Shown piece by piece: positions 30,082-40,860 of a stretch of DNA of 64,000 nucleotides. The stretch is from positions 6,355 through 70,354 of the forward strand of contig JANPCZ010000037.1 of assembly GCA_031431215.1 (NCBI GenBank). The letters run 5' to 3'. The translations under genes were made by a program, and so were the position numbers. The stretch comes from Myxococcales bacterium (GTDB taxonomy: Bacteria; Myxococcota_A; Polyangia; Fen-1088). Below the pieces are notes generated by a model. That model searched no databases and was not told where the DNA came from. It worked only from the letters and a program-made list of their open reading frames with translations. Positions within the stretch are counted from its first letter, which is position 1, and the number at the start of each line of letters is the position of its first letter.

Positions 30082-30408
30082 TCACGGGGATTTCGGACGT
30101 GCTGTTCGTGCTGTTCGTGGGGCGTGGCGAAGGGCCTTCTGCTTGGGCGGCACCCGCCCAAGCACAGCGTCGTACTCAGCGTGCGAGCCAATCCAGAACC
30201 ACACCGTGTCGCCTTCGGCCTCGATCGCCAGGGCCCGGTAGTGCAGTCCCACACGCGCTGACCGGAAGGTATTGACCTTCTTGAAATGGAGGGACCGGTG
30301 CCCGGGATCCGCCTTCAGCAACGCGAAACAACGATCTGCGAGCTGGCGAACATCTTGGGGCAAGGCGCGATAGCTGCGCCAGAATCGAGCACTCGCACGG
30401 TGGGTCAC
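30082..30408 (-). CDS. Type II toxin-antitoxin system RelE/ParE-family toxin
   Basis: 108 aa. FWRSY...L..DP...SLHFKKV....ARVGLHYRALAIE.EGDTVWFWIGSHAEYD pattern typical of RelE/ParE mRNA interferases. ATGA overlap with the upstream antitoxin gene. Confidence 0.6.
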   Translation of the reverse strand: MTHRASARFWRSYRALPQDVRQLADRCFALLKADPGHRSLHFKKVNTFRSARVGLHYRALAIEAEGDTVWFWIGSHAEYDAVLGRVPPKQKALRHAPRTARTARPKSP

Positions 30409-30605
30409 AGGTTTCTTGTACGCCCGGCCCTGTGCTCGCGGAGCGCCTCGCGGGCCAGCGCATCGAGCCTGCCCGCGGCAACGTCGGCCTCAAGCTGCTT
30501 GTCCCAGTGTGCAGCGGCATACCCGACGAACCACTTCCTGAACCGCGCCAAATCCTTCTTGGGGAGGCGCTTCACGGCACCAGTTATCTCCGCGACGGTG
30601 GTCAT
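30405..30605 (-). CDS. Antitoxin / addiction-module component (cognate of the RelE/ParE-like toxin)
   Basis: 66 aa. LPKKDLARFRKWF...WDKQLEADVAAGRLDALAREAL pattern typical of small addiction-module antitoxins. 4-nt overlap with the toxin gene. Confidence 0.5.
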   Translation of the reverse strand: MTTVAEITGAVKRLPKKDLARFRKWFVGYAAAHWDKQLEADVAAGRLDALAREALREHRAGRTRNL

Positions 30606-30676
30606 ACCAACAGGTTAGTGCCCTCGCACGGCACGGGCAACGCTGGAACAGCGGGCGCCGGATTCGTCTCGCCCGC

Positions 30677-31741
30677 TCAGCGGATCAGCAGCTTGCCGCT
30701 GCGGATGCCTTCGCCAGGCTTGGGGTGATTGCGCACCGATAGCGCGCACGCCACAGTGGCCGCGATCTTCATGAAGGCGCGGCCGACCTCGGATTCGGGC
30801 GCCGACAGCACCATGGGCTTGCCGGCGTCGCCGCCGCTGCGCACCGCCGGCAACAGCGGCACTTCGCCCAGGAACGGCACGTGCTCGCGCTCGGCCAACT
30901 TGCGGCCGCCCCCGCGTGAGAAGATCTCCTCCTGATGGCCGCACTGCGGACACACGTAGTGGCTCATGTTCTCGATCACGCCCAGCAGAGGCACCTCGAC
31001 CCGCTTCCACATCGACATGGCCTTCTCCACGTCGATGATCGACACCTCCTGCGGTGTCGTCACCATGACAGCACCGGTAATCGGGACCAGCTGCGACAGC
31101 GAAAGCTGCGCGTCGCCGGTGCCGGGTGGCAGGTCCACCAGCAGGTAGTCCAGCTCGCCCCATTCCACGTCCTCGATGAACTGCTGCAACAGCTTGTGCA
31201 CCATCGGCCCACGCCAGATGACCGCACCACCGCGCTCGACGAAGAAGCCGACCGAGATGGCACGCATGCCGTGGTGGACCGCGGGCGTGATCTTGTTGCC
31301 CGCGCTGGCGCCGGCGGCCACGTCGGGATCGCCCAGCATCTGGGGGATCGACGGGCCATAGATGTCCGCGTCCATGATGCCGACCCGGGCGCCCATCAGG
31401 TGCAGCGCTGCGGCCAGGTTGGTGGTCACGGTGGACTTACCGACGCCACCCTTGCCCGCCGCGACGGCGATGATGTTCTTGATGCCGGGCAAACGTGGGT
31501 TCGACGGATCGTTGGGCCGACCCCGCACCATCGCCTCGAACGCAACCGCCACGCGCTCGATGCCGGGCAAACGCCCGACTGCGGCCACGATGCTTTGCTC
31601 GATCGCCTCGCGCGACGGGCACGCCGGCGTGGTCAGCTGGATGCCGATGTCGACCCGTGTGCCTGCGACCTTGACCTCGCTGACCATCCCGGCCGACACG
31701 AAGTCGATGCCCAGACCCGGATCCTTTACCGTGGCGAGCAC
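30677..31741 (-). CDS. apbC: Fe-S cluster carrier ATPase Mrp/ApbC (NBP35 family) with an N-terminal DUF59/MIP18 domain
   Basis: VKDPGLGIDFVSAGMV (DUF59) plus Walker A IIAVAAGKGGVGKSTVTTNLA and the CPxCG-like CPQCGH motif. Confidence 0.85.
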   Translation of the reverse strand: MLATVKDPGLGIDFVSAGMVSEVKVAGTRVDIGIQLTTPACPSREAIEQSIVAAVGRLPGIERVAVAFEAMVRGRPNDPSNPRLPGIKNIIAVAAGKGGVGKSTVTTNLAAALHLMGARVGIMDADIYGPSIPQMLGDPDVAAGASAGNKITPAVHHGMRAISVGFFVERGGAVIWRGPMVHKLLQQFIEDVEWGELDYLLVDLPPGTGDAQLSLSQLVPITGAVMVTTPQEVSIIDVEKAMSMWKRVEVPLLGVIENMSHYVCPQCGHQEEIFSRGGGRKLAEREHVPFLGEVPLLPAVRSGGDAGKPMVLSAPESEVGRAFMKIAATVACALSVRNHPKPGEGIRSGKLLIR

Positions 31742-31805
31742 GCTGCGGATTTCTTCGACAGTGGTAGCGATGGCGATGTCCTTTCGTGGCGTGGCGTGAG
31801 GGGCG

Positions 31806-32435
<630 letters not shown>

Positions 32436-32478
32436 GGGCGCAAACCGCGCTGAAAGCTACGGGGCAGTTTTCGGTCTG

Positions 32479-33261
32479 TCAAACCCGCTTGGCGGCGAAT
32501 GTCGCGATCGGGCCGGCGAATCCCTCGCCCTGGTTTCCGGTCATGCGCTCGGCGGAAAATCCCATGATCCCTGACAATTCTCCGGCGCCGGTGAAATCGC
32601 CGTCAAGCTTCAGCTTGAAGGCGAACCCCTTCATGTCGCGTGGCTTGGCCCTGAACGTGCCGACCAGATCGGCAGGCGCGAGCGCGAGGGAGAATCCGGC
32701 GACTTCGCGCGATTCGATCCGCAGGGTCAGCGCCCACATGCCGGCAAAGCTGCCGTCTGCGGTCGAGATGCGAACGGTCGCTCCGAGTTCGAGCCGACGT
32801 GGGCCGCACGCGAGCCGATCGTTGGGTGCCCCGCTGGGCCCGCGCTCATCCACCAGGCGAAGGGCGCCGGTGGCGGTGATCTCAACGGTCATTGCCGTGG
32901 TGGGCTCGGCGGGCGCGTCGGCGAACGTCGCGATCGCCCCCGCGGTCCAGGATAGTGTCCCCTGGAACGCGCCGGTCACGCGCTTCTGGGCTTCGGCGGC
33001 CGAAAAGCCCAGCGGAGTGGACTGATCGGGAGTGAGGTCGGATATGGCTGCCTCGCACGGCGATCCAGGCCCCATGCCGGCACGCCCGGCCTGCGCTCTG
33101 GGCCCCGTGCTCGTTCCACTCGGCGCCGGATCGCCGCCGCCGCTGCCACCGAACCCCTGCTCGACTCCTGGCACGCAGCCGCCCTCGGCCACGCCGATAA
33201 CCAGCAGCACGATCGCTTCCTTGGCTCCGAGTCGGGTGAGGCGTTGCATGACGCATTTCAA
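32479..33261 (-). CDS. Hypothetical lipoprotein
   Basis: Signal peptide with lipobox (IGVAEGGC), Gly-rich linker, no recognisable domain. Confidence 0.35.
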   Translation of the reverse strand: MKCVMQRLTRLGAKEAIVLLVIGVAEGGCVPGVEQGFGGSGGGDPAPSGTSTGPRAQAGRAGMGPGSPCEAAISDLTPDQSTPLGFSAAEAQKRVTGAFQGTLSWTAGAIATFADAPAEPTTAMTVEITATGALRLVDERGPSGAPNDRLACGPRRLELGATVRISTADGSFAGMWALTLRIESREVAGFSLALAPADLVGTFRAKPRDMKGFAFKLKLDGDFTGAGELSGIMGFSAERMTGNQGEGFAGPIATFAAKRV

Positions 33262-33303
33262 ACTAGCCCACGGTGCCGGTCGATGCCATCTTAGTGCGTC
33301 GCC

Positions 33304-33843
33304 ATGGCCATCCTTCCGATTCTACGGTTCCCGGACCCACGGCTGCGCGAGAAGTCGAAAGCGGTGACCGCTTTCGGCGAGGCGCTCAAGAAGCTGGTGG
33401 CCGACATGACCGACACCATGTACGCGGCCAACGGGGCCGGTCTCGCCGCGATCCAGGTCGGCGTACCGCTGCGGATGTTCATCGTCGATCCCGAGGTCGC
33501 GGGCGGGCTGCCGACGGATCCGGTGCTGGTGGTGGCGAACCCAGAAATCGTGACCCTGTCGGAGGAATCGCAGACCGGCGACGAGGGCTGTTTGTCTTTC
33601 CCCGGCATCTTCGTACCCGTCAAGCGGGCCATGCGTGCCGATGTGCGCGCCGTCGATGTCGATGGCAAGCCGTTCACGCTGACCGGATCCGAGCTGTTCG
33701 CGCGGGCGCTTCAGCACGAGACCGATCACTTGAACGCGCGGCTGCTCATCGACAATGTGGGCCCAGTCAAGCGCGAGATCATCAAGCGCAAGATGAAGAA
33801 GGAAGCCGAGGCCGAAGCGGCCGAGAGCGATTCGCCGACCTAG
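33304..33843 (+). CDS. def: Peptide deformylase
   Basis: GLAAIQVG, EGCLSFPG and HETDHL metal-binding motifs. Confidence 0.9.
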   Translation: MAILPILRFPDPRLREKSKAVTAFGEALKKLVADMTDTMYAANGAGLAAIQVGVPLRMFIVDPEVAGGLPTDPVLVVANPEIVTLSEESQTGDEGCLSFPGIFVPVKRAMRADVRAVDVDGKPFTLTGSELFARALQHETDHLNARLLIDNVGPVKREIIKRKMKKEAEAEAAESDSPT

Positions 33844-33863
33844 CGCGGCCGAACGCGCATCCC

Positions 33864-34223
33864 ATGGCCACCATCGTCCTCGCTCAGATTGGTTTCGAGG
33901 GGCGCCACGGTGCCACGGCGGTCGAACGCAAGCGCACGCGCAAGTTCGAGGTCGACCTCGAGATCGACGCCGTCCTCGATGTGGCCCAGCGCTCCGATCG
34001 GCTGGCGGACACCATCGACTACAGCGTGGCCGCCGAGATCGTCGTCGCGGTCGGCACCGGCGAGCCGCACCGGCTGCTGGAATCGCTCGGCCGACGCATG
34101 CTGGATGTGCTGGCGGAACGGTTCCCGAGCGCGCGCTTTCGGCTGGAACTGCGCAAATTCAATCCGCCGAGCGTCGCCGGCCACCCGGTCCACGCGGGGA
34201 TCCGGCTTGCGCACCCGCTCTAG
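33864..34223 (+). CDS. folB: Dihydroneopterin aldolase (FolB)
   Basis: 119-aa ORF in frame within the longer 33273..34223 frame. Tunnel-fold aldolase pattern (GATAVERKRTRKFEVDLEIDAVLD...DTIDYS). 20 nt downstream of def. Confidence 0.65.
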   Translation: MATIVLAQIGFEGRHGATAVERKRTRKFEVDLEIDAVLDVAQRSDRLADTIDYSVAAEIVVAVGTGEPHRLLESLGRRMLDVLAERFPSARFRLELRKFNPPSVAGHPVHAGIRLAHPL

Positions 34224-34231
34224 CACTATAG

Positions 34232-35070
<839 letters not shown>

Positions 35071-35074
<4 letters not shown>

Positions 35075-35493
35075 TCGTCGCTACCGATCGGGCCGCGCAG
35101 GGCTTTCTGGGCGCCGCGCGCGTGCTTGTCGGCCAGCATTCTTCGCTTGGCACGGCGCGATCGGCGGCGCTTCTGCCGGCGCACCCGTTCGATCTCCTGC
35201 TCGCGCGCGGACAGCGCACCTTTTAGTGCGGTCTCGATCTTGTCCGCCAGCCAGCGGCGCGCATGGAACCGGTTCATGCCCTGCGACCGTTCCTGCTGGC
35301 ACTTGACCGCCGTGCCCGACGGGCGGTGTACCAGGACCACACAGGTGGCCACCTTGTTCACGTTCTGGCCGCCCTTGCCGCCCGAGTGCACGAAGCTCTC
35401 ATCGAGATCCTGCTCGCGGATACCGAGCGCGATTAGCCGCGCCTGCAAAGCCGCGGCTTTCTCGCCCGACACCGGGAACCGCGACCCTGCCAT
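35071..35493 (-). CDS. arfB: Alternative ribosome-rescue factor ArfB (peptidyl-tRNA hydrolase, GGQ domain)
   Basis: 140 aa, SGGKGGQNVNKV GGQ motif plus a basic C-terminal tail. Confidence 0.8.
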
Positions 35494-35496
35494 GGG

Positions 35497-35889
35497 CTAG
35501 GGCTCGTCGAGATCGTCGTCGAGATCGTCGTCGTCTTCGGTAGCCTGGATGTCCTCCCAGAACCGATCCCAGGTTTCACTGGTCGACGTCAGGGCGATGG
35601 CCAGGCCGGGCGAAGGGGCGCCGTCGGACTTGCCCTCGACATCGGAGAAGCAGCGGACCACCACGCCGACCGCGAAGATGGTTTCGCCCTTGGGTCCGAT
35701 CACGCGCACGCGCAACAACGCTCCCACCGGCCGGGTCTCGGTGGTGGCGGCGAACAGGCCGCCGCGGCTCACGTCGACCGTACGGCCGGTGAAACTACCG
35801 CGCGTGTCAGCCATCGCGAGGCGCACCTGAACGGGATTGCGCCGGGAGGTTCGGCGATCTTGCGGGCGAACGGGTGGCACGGGCCGCAA
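35497..35889 (-). CDS. PilZ domain protein (c-di-GMP receptor family) with an acidic C-terminal tail
   Basis: RRNPVQVRL (RxxxR) and DVSRGGLF (D-x-S-x-x-G) PilZ signature pair. Confidence 0.5.
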   Translation of the reverse strand: MRPVPPVRPQDRRTSRRNPVQVRLAMADTRGSFTGRTVDVSRGGLFAATTETRPVGALLRVRVIGPKGETIFAVGVVVRCFSDVEGKSDGAPSPGLAIALTSTSETWDRFWEDIQATEDDDDLDDDLDEP

Positions 35890-35989
35890 GATTACAACAT
35901 TCCTGTGTGGCGCCAGGATGCGAGCCGGTGGGTCGCTTGAGTTCGGAAGGCGATTTCAGGGTGGAGGCCGCGACCGGCGCCGGGTTGGC

Positions 35990-37036
35990 TCATTCGGCCG
36001 GTCCGGCCTGGGCCGGGCGCGGATCGTCACCAGAGGCGCCCGCACCCGTTCGCGGCACGGCAAGATACTCTCCGAGCCAGGCCTTGGCCTTGTCGTCCCA
36101 CACGTCACCGTAGGTTTGCGCATAGACCAGCGCTTCCTCGCGACTACCGGGGGCGGCGCCCGCGAGGTTGTCGACTGTCCGGCGGGACAGCCCGAGCAGC
36201 GCCTTACCGTAGTGCCCGTTGGTCGCCAGCGCTGCGTCGAAAGCCCTGGCGGCGGCCTTCTGATCACCTGCGGTGAAGTGCGCCAACGCCAGACCGACCT
36301 GGGCGCGGCCCGCCGAACCTTCCGATTTCGCTGCGACATCCAGGACCGCGATGGAGTCGGCGGCGCGGCCGAGCTTTATCAGTGTCTTGCCAGCCACCAG
36401 GCGGGCCTCGGTGCCGACGGTACCCTCATCGATGGCGTAGACGCGTTCGAGATCGCGCACGCCATCCTCGAAGCGTTCTTGATCGTAGGCCAGACAGCCG
36501 AGCGCATGGCAGGCGCGGATGTACGCCTGAGTTTCCTTGCGGGTGAAGGCGTCCTTCACCTTTTCCTTGCGCAGCTTTGCAGCTTCCTGCTCGCCGCGCT
36601 CGGCCACGTCGGCAAGCGACACACGCGCCCCGTCGGTGTCGCCGGCCGACAGCTTGGCCATGCCGACGCCGACCCGGGCGTCGATGTTGTCATCCTCGAT
36701 GGCGAGGGCGGTCCGGAACTCCTTCTCGGCCGCTCCTGGCCGGCGCTGCTCGAACAAACGCCAGCCCTCGTTTATGTGCGCCCTCGCATCGGGCGCGACC
36801 GGCGGTGGCGTGGCCGCAGTCTCGTCGCCGGCCAGGTGGCACTTCTTGTACTTCTTGTCAGAGCCGCACGGGCACGGATCGTTGCGACCGGTACCAGCAA
36901 GCCGTGCCCTGGCCCCGTCGGGGCTCTCGTCCAGTACGGCCTTCGCGGCCTTCGCACTGGGTGGAGTGGACGGCGCCTTGGCGTCGGGCTTGGCGGTCTT
37001 GGCAGGGGGCTTGGCGGTGGTCTTGGTGGTGGTCAT
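35990..37036 (-). CDS. TPR-repeat protein with a SEC-C metal-binding motif
   Basis: NDPCPCGSDKKYKKCH SEC-C motif near the N-terminus, multiple TPR-like helical repeats downstream. Confidence 0.55.
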   Translation of the reverse strand: MTTTKTTAKPPAKTAKPDAKAPSTPPSAKAAKAVLDESPDGARARLAGTGRNDPCPCGSDKKYKKCHLAGDETAATPPPVAPDARAHINEGWRLFEQRRPGAAEKEFRTALAIEDDNIDARVGVGMAKLSAGDTDGARVSLADVAERGEQEAAKLRKEKVKDAFTRKETQAYIRACHALGCLAYDQERFEDGVRDLERVYAIDEGTVGTEARLVAGKTLIKLGRAADSIAVLDVAAKSEGSAGRAQVGLALAHFTAGDQKAAARAFDAALATNGHYGKALLGLSRRTVDNLAGAAPGSREEALVYAQTYGDVWDDKAKAWLGEYLAVPRTGAGASGDDPRPAQAGPAE

Positions 37037-37966
37037 CTATTTCGTCGGGGACAGTTTGGCGATCTCGGTCTGTAGCCGGTTAAGTGCGGCCTTGTCGTCG
37101 GCGGCCAGTCTGATTCCGAGTCGCATCTCGTGCTTGGCCACCACCTTACCCTTTCCCGAGAAAAGCACCTGAGCGGAAAAGTCCGTGATGGTCACACTAA
37201 AAATGGTTCCCAGCGGGACGTCCACCGGCGCCGGCACCACGAAGCCGCCCAGGCGGATGTTGAGCAGCGGGTTGTAAATGAAGAAGCCGACAGTCGCGGT
37301 CGACACCTGGATCACGAGGTCGCGGTCGTTGAACTGCACGCCGCCCGAGATCGGGGTCGCGCCGGCTAGCCCGCGCAGTTCGGCCGGATCCACCGCGAAG
37401 TCCATCGACACCGTCGGCTTCTTGCCCTCACGGGTGTTGACCTCGACGATGCGCTCGATGAGCTTGCGGCTGGAGTCGTCGAGCGACTGGAAGCGGATGC
37501 CCATGCCGGTGGGCGGCTGCATGGAGAGCCGGATGACCTCGGCCTTGCCGCGCAAGATGGCGAAGCCATCGGCCAGCCCGAACTCGAAGTCCACGATCGT
37601 ACCGGTGGGCAGTGGATCCGGGCAGCTGACGAACATGCCCGATCGGCTGATGTTGCTCGACTGGGTTTCGACGAAGTCGAGGAAGCTGGGGTACTTGTAG
37701 CGCACCGGCACCACCATCGAGGCGCGCGGATCGCGCGCGGGCGCGGCCCCGACCCCGGTGGTACCCGAGCGCAGGGCGGTTGACCCGACGTTGCCGCCCG
37801 GGCGGGTGGGCGTCGAGCCAACGCCGGTGGTGCCGCTCAAGCGCAGCGGGTTCTGTCCGACGCTGTTCCCGGGACGCGCCGGTGCGGCGCCGACGCCGGT
37901 GGTGCCCGAGCGTGCGGCACCGCCAGGGACGGCGCCAGTCATCTTGCTGTTGCGATCGTCAGGCAT
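37037..37966 (-). CDS. PilZ-like domain protein with three N-terminal RSGTTGVG(A/S)xPxRP repeats
   Basis: Tandem repeats (SGTTGVGAAPARPGNSVG / SGTTGVGSTPTRPGGNVG / SGTTGVGAAPARDP) followed by PilZ-like beta-barrel regions (VPVRY...DISRSGMFV). Stop abuts the TPR/SEC-C gene start. Confidence 0.45.
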   Translation of the reverse strand: MPDDRNSKMTGAVPGGAARSGTTGVGAAPARPGNSVGQNPLRLSGTTGVGSTPTRPGGNVGSTALRSGTTGVGAAPARDPRASMVVPVRYKYPSFLDFVETQSSNISRSGMFVSCPDPLPTGTIVDFEFGLADGFAILRGKAEVIRLSMQPPTGMGIRFQSLDDSSRKLIERIVEVNTREGKKPTVSMDFAVDPAELRGLAGATPISGGVQFNDRDLVIQVSTATVGFFIYNPLLNIRLGGFVVPAPVDVPLGTIFSVTITDFSAQVLFSGKGKVVAKHEMRLGIRLAADDKAALNRLQTEIAKLSPTK

Positions 37967-37990
37967 GTTGCGTGGCGCTGATACGGCGAT

Positions 37991-38263
37991 TCATCCGGTG
38001 GGAGGCACGTACTCGGGTGGGGCGGCGCCGCCCTGGCCGAAGAAGAATTCCTCGGCTTGATCGAGCAGGAGCTTCTGGCCCATCGCTGAGGTCAGATCGA
38101 CTCGGTACTCGTTGACGATGCGCTTCGAGTGCTCGATCCACATCACCCACGCCTGCTGAGAGACGCCGTCATAGATCCGTTGCCCGAGGTCATTGTTGAA
38201 CGGCTTGTAGACGATGGCGGGCAACTCTTGCCCGAGTTTGATGCATTTGACCATCCGGGACAT
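37991..38263 (-). CDS. yggX: Fe(2+)-trafficking / oxidative-damage protection protein YggX
   Basis: 90 aa. MSRMVKCIKLGQELPAI...WVMWIEHSKRIVNEYRVDL is a near-canonical YggX sequence. Confidence 0.85.
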   Translation of the reverse strand: MSRMVKCIKLGQELPAIVYKPFNNDLGQRIYDGVSQQAWVMWIEHSKRIVNEYRVDLTSAMGQKLLLDQAEEFFFGQGGAAPPEYVPPTG

Positions 38264-38352
38264 CGGTGAGGGTGGTAACCGCTAAACCGTGTGTAGCAGG
38301 CATCATACCATCCGGCCAGTGGCGTGGGCGGGTTGCGGCGAGAGTCTTCAGC

Positions 38353-39621
38353 TCACACGGCGCGGATGCGGCCGAGGTCATGCAGCAGCACCGCGACCAC
38401 CACGAACGCACCCAGGTAGGCGAAGGCGCCGATCGAGAACAACGGGGCGAAGCCCACGCTCTGTACCACCTGCCCGATCCGCGGCTGGGTCAGCGCGCTG
38501 GTCAAGGCTCCCAAAGATCCCGCGACGCCGGTGATGGTGCCGAGGACGTGCGTGGGGAACACCTCGGCGGGCAGGGTGATGTTGGCCCAGGCGCCATGGC
38601 ACCACATGATGGCCGTGAGGGCCGCGACTGCCAGCCCCGGACTTTGTACGCGCGTGACCAGGTAGCACAGCATCGGCACTAGACAGGACACGGCAAACAT
38701 GGCGCTCTTGCGCGAGCGATCGAGCGTGAGCCCACGGCCGCACAGCCAGCGCGGCATGAGGCCGCCGAAAAGATTTCCGAGCGCGGCGCCGACGAACGGG
38801 ATCCAGCCGTACTTGCCCAGCGTCGCGAGATCGAAGCCGCGCTCCTGCTGCAGATATTTTGGGGTCCAGAACAACAGGAAGTACGAGATCGGATCGGTCA
38901 GCACGCGCGCCAGCACACAGCCCCAGGTCTCGCGCATCGACAGCAGCCGCCGCAACGGAACTGCAGCGGGCATGGTGGGCAGGGCGCTGGGCTCACCCAG
39001 AATGAGAAGTCGCTCTTCCTCGGACAGGCGCGGGTGGGTTTCGGGCGTTCGATAGATCAGCGCCCAGGCCACCACCCAGAATGCGCCCAGGCTGCCGGTC
39101 ATGACGAAGGCCCAGCGCCAGCCCAGGGTCAGCGCGATGATGGTCACGAGCGGCGTCGCCAGCGTCGAGCCGATGGCGGTGCCCGCATTGAAGATGCCGA
39201 TGGCGAGCGCGCGTTCGCGCACCGGGAACCACTCGGCCACCGCCTTGACGCCGCCAGGGAAGTTGCCTGGCTCGGCGGCGCCCAGCAGGGCTCGGAAGAA
39301 CCGGAACTGCCCGACGGTCGACGCAAAGCCATGCAGCATGTTGGCGATCGACCAGCCCGACACGAAGATGAGAAAGCCACGCCGCACCCCCAGGAAATCG
39401 ATCAGCCGTCCCGACACCGCGTACATGACCGTGTAGCTCCACAAGAACGCCGCCGTGATGTGCGAGTAATCCACCGTCGATAGGCCGAGGTCCTTCTGGA
39501 TGGTGTCGGCCAGGACCGACAGCGTCTGCCGATCCAGGTAGTTGATCTCGGACGACAGGCACAGCAGTCCCGCGATGTACCAGCGCAGGTGCTTGATGGG
39601 TCGCTTCGCCGCCTTGGTCAT
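38353..39621 (-). CDS. MFS transporter, ACS (anion:cation symporter) family, hexuronate/ExuT-like
   Basis: Starts MTKAAKRPIKHLRWYIAGLLCLSSEINYLDRQTLSV (ACS-family N-terminus). 12 TM segments. The upstream ORF-track extension was discarded. Confidence 0.8.
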   Translation of the reverse strand: MTKAAKRPIKHLRWYIAGLLCLSSEINYLDRQTLSVLADTIQKDLGLSTVDYSHITAAFLWSYTVMYAVSGRLIDFLGVRRGFLIFVSGWSIANMLHGFASTVGQFRFFRALLGAAEPGNFPGGVKAVAEWFPVRERALAIGIFNAGTAIGSTLATPLVTIIALTLGWRWAFVMTGSLGAFWVVAWALIYRTPETHPRLSEEERLLILGEPSALPTMPAAVPLRRLLSMRETWGCVLARVLTDPISYFLLFWTPKYLQQERGFDLATLGKYGWIPFVGAALGNLFGGLMPRWLCGRGLTLDRSRKSAMFAVSCLVPMLCYLVTRVQSPGLAVAALTAIMWCHGAWANITLPAEVFPTHVLGTITGVAGSLGALTSALTQPRIGQVVQSVGFAPLFSIGAFAYLGAFVVVAVLLHDLGRIRAV

Positions 39622-39685
39622 GGGTGGCTCTCGGTCGGCTCCCGAAACGCGTCTGATGGCCTGACTGCGGCCGCCTTGGAGGCGC

Positions 39686-40063
39686 CTATTTGCCCTCGGC
39701 TGCCAGCTGGTCTGATCGGCCGAGCGCCTCGAACAACCCCGGCAGCCGGCCGGCGAACTGGCCCTTGGTGAGCACCTCGGCGCAGCCATGCGCGCGCGCC
39801 AAGTCCATGACCTCGATGCGTTCGTGATCCACGAAACCGATGCGCGGGACACGGGCGGCCACCTGGTCGGCGCGAAGTGCGTCCAGTGCCTCGATCGCCC
39901 GGTCCAGCCGCAGATCGAGCAGCACCAGCTGTGCGGCTTGCGCCGCCTTCACCAGGGCCGCCGGATCCGGTGCGCTCACGGTCGTGACACCGACCTGTTT
40001 CGCGGCCTCGCGCAGCTTCGACGAGAACAGCATGTCTCGGATCATGTACGCAACGACGGGCAT
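39686..40063 (-). CDS. Small hypothetical protein (receiver-like?)
   Basis: 125-aa C-terminal portion of ORF 39686..40414. The N-terminal part of that ORF reads through the two tRNA genes and is spurious. Confidence 0.3.
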   Translation of the reverse strand: MPVVAYMIRDMLFSSKLREAAKQVGVTTVSAPDPAALVKAAQAAQLVLLDLRLDRAIEALDALRADQVAARVPRIGFVDHERIEVMDLARAHGCAEVLTKGQFAGRLPGLFEALGRSDQLAAEGK

Positions 40064-40226
40064 GGCGTGCGGGGTCGAGAGAAAGAAAAGGTCCCGAACA
40101 CCCGGTCGGATGGTTACCGTTGCTCCCTTCCGGGCCTGGCGGGGTTCGCCTTCTTTCCGTCGCCCGGGACCAGCGCTACTTCTGGCACACCTGCCCCTCG
40201 AACGCCAGCGTCGGGGGAGACGATTG

Positions 40227-40311
40227 AGGAGAGAGAGGGATTCGAACCCTCGGTACCTCACGGTACACACGATTTCCAATCGTGCCCCTTCGACCACTCG
40301 GGCACCTCTCC
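40227..40311 (-). tRNA. tRNA-Ser (anticodon GGA), long variable arm
   Basis: Reverse complement ggagaggtgcccgagtggtcgaaggggcacgattGGAaatcgtg...gagggttcgaatccctctctctcct folds as a cloverleaf with a long extra arm. Ends +/-2 nt. Confidence 0.85.
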
Positions 40312-40325
40312 AGTTTCTTTTCCTG

Positions 40326-40412
40326 AGGAGAGAGTGGGAGTCGAACCCACGTCGGGCGTTAACCCGAACCTGATTTCGAATCAGGCGCCTTCGGCCACTC
40401 GGCCATCTCTCC
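40326..40412 (-). tRNA. tRNA-Ser (anticodon CGA), long variable arm
   Basis: Reverse complement ggagagatggccgagtggccgaaggcgcctgattCGAaatcagg...gtgggttcgactcccactctctcct. Ends +/-2 nt. Its 5' half is duplicated at 45428..45466. Confidence 0.85.
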
Positions 40413-40860
40413 AATAATGCTTTCGAATACTTACAAAGAATGCTTCTGGGTAGTTGGGCCTCCGTTGTGCCCTCCCGACGAGTTTCGTGTCCGGTTGGAG
40501 CGTTACTGATCTGCCTGGGCCGCTCGGTGCAGTCAAGGGTTCCGCGCAGTTGGGCCCGGAGCGTTCACTACCGGAGTCCGATGAATGGCAGCAGATCGTG
40601 GCACTGAATCAGGCGCACTCGGAAACATGGCCTCCGGCCGCCGCCCTGCTCGCGCTTGAGCACCGCTCTTCCGCGACCATCATGCACGACGGTTCGGCGA
40701 GCGGATGCGCATCGACCCGGGGCGCGGTCGGGTTCGGCGGCCTACATTTCTCGGAGTACCGGCGGGAGCGCAGGTCGCTTCCTCCGCTTGTTCTGGCTGC
40801 CCGTTCCCCGCATTCCACCGGTCCATCATCGCGGCGTCGCAGCCGCCGGTGCTGGTGATC

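Noticed and set aside
29651-30275. ORFs 29651..30085 (-) and 29721..30275 (+) between the AlbA_2-like gene and the toxin gene
   Set aside because: They overlap each other and the AlbA_2 ORF, and have Arg-rich low-complexity translations. Only a short TM-containing ORF (29809..30051) looks plausible, and it is too uncertain to call.
40064-40414. N-terminal part of ORF 39686..40414 on the minus strand
   Set aside because: Reads straight through two tRNA-Ser genes (translation GFDSHSLL / GFESLSLL is the tRNA T-arm). Only the part downstream of ATG 40063 was kept, with low confidence.
40454-40858. 134-aa + strand ORF and 69-aa minus ORF in the 440-nt gap between tRNA-Ser(CGA) and the 810-aa gene
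   Set aside because: No RBS, motif or codon-bias support. The region is more likely the non-coding left arm (att-proximal) of the islet.
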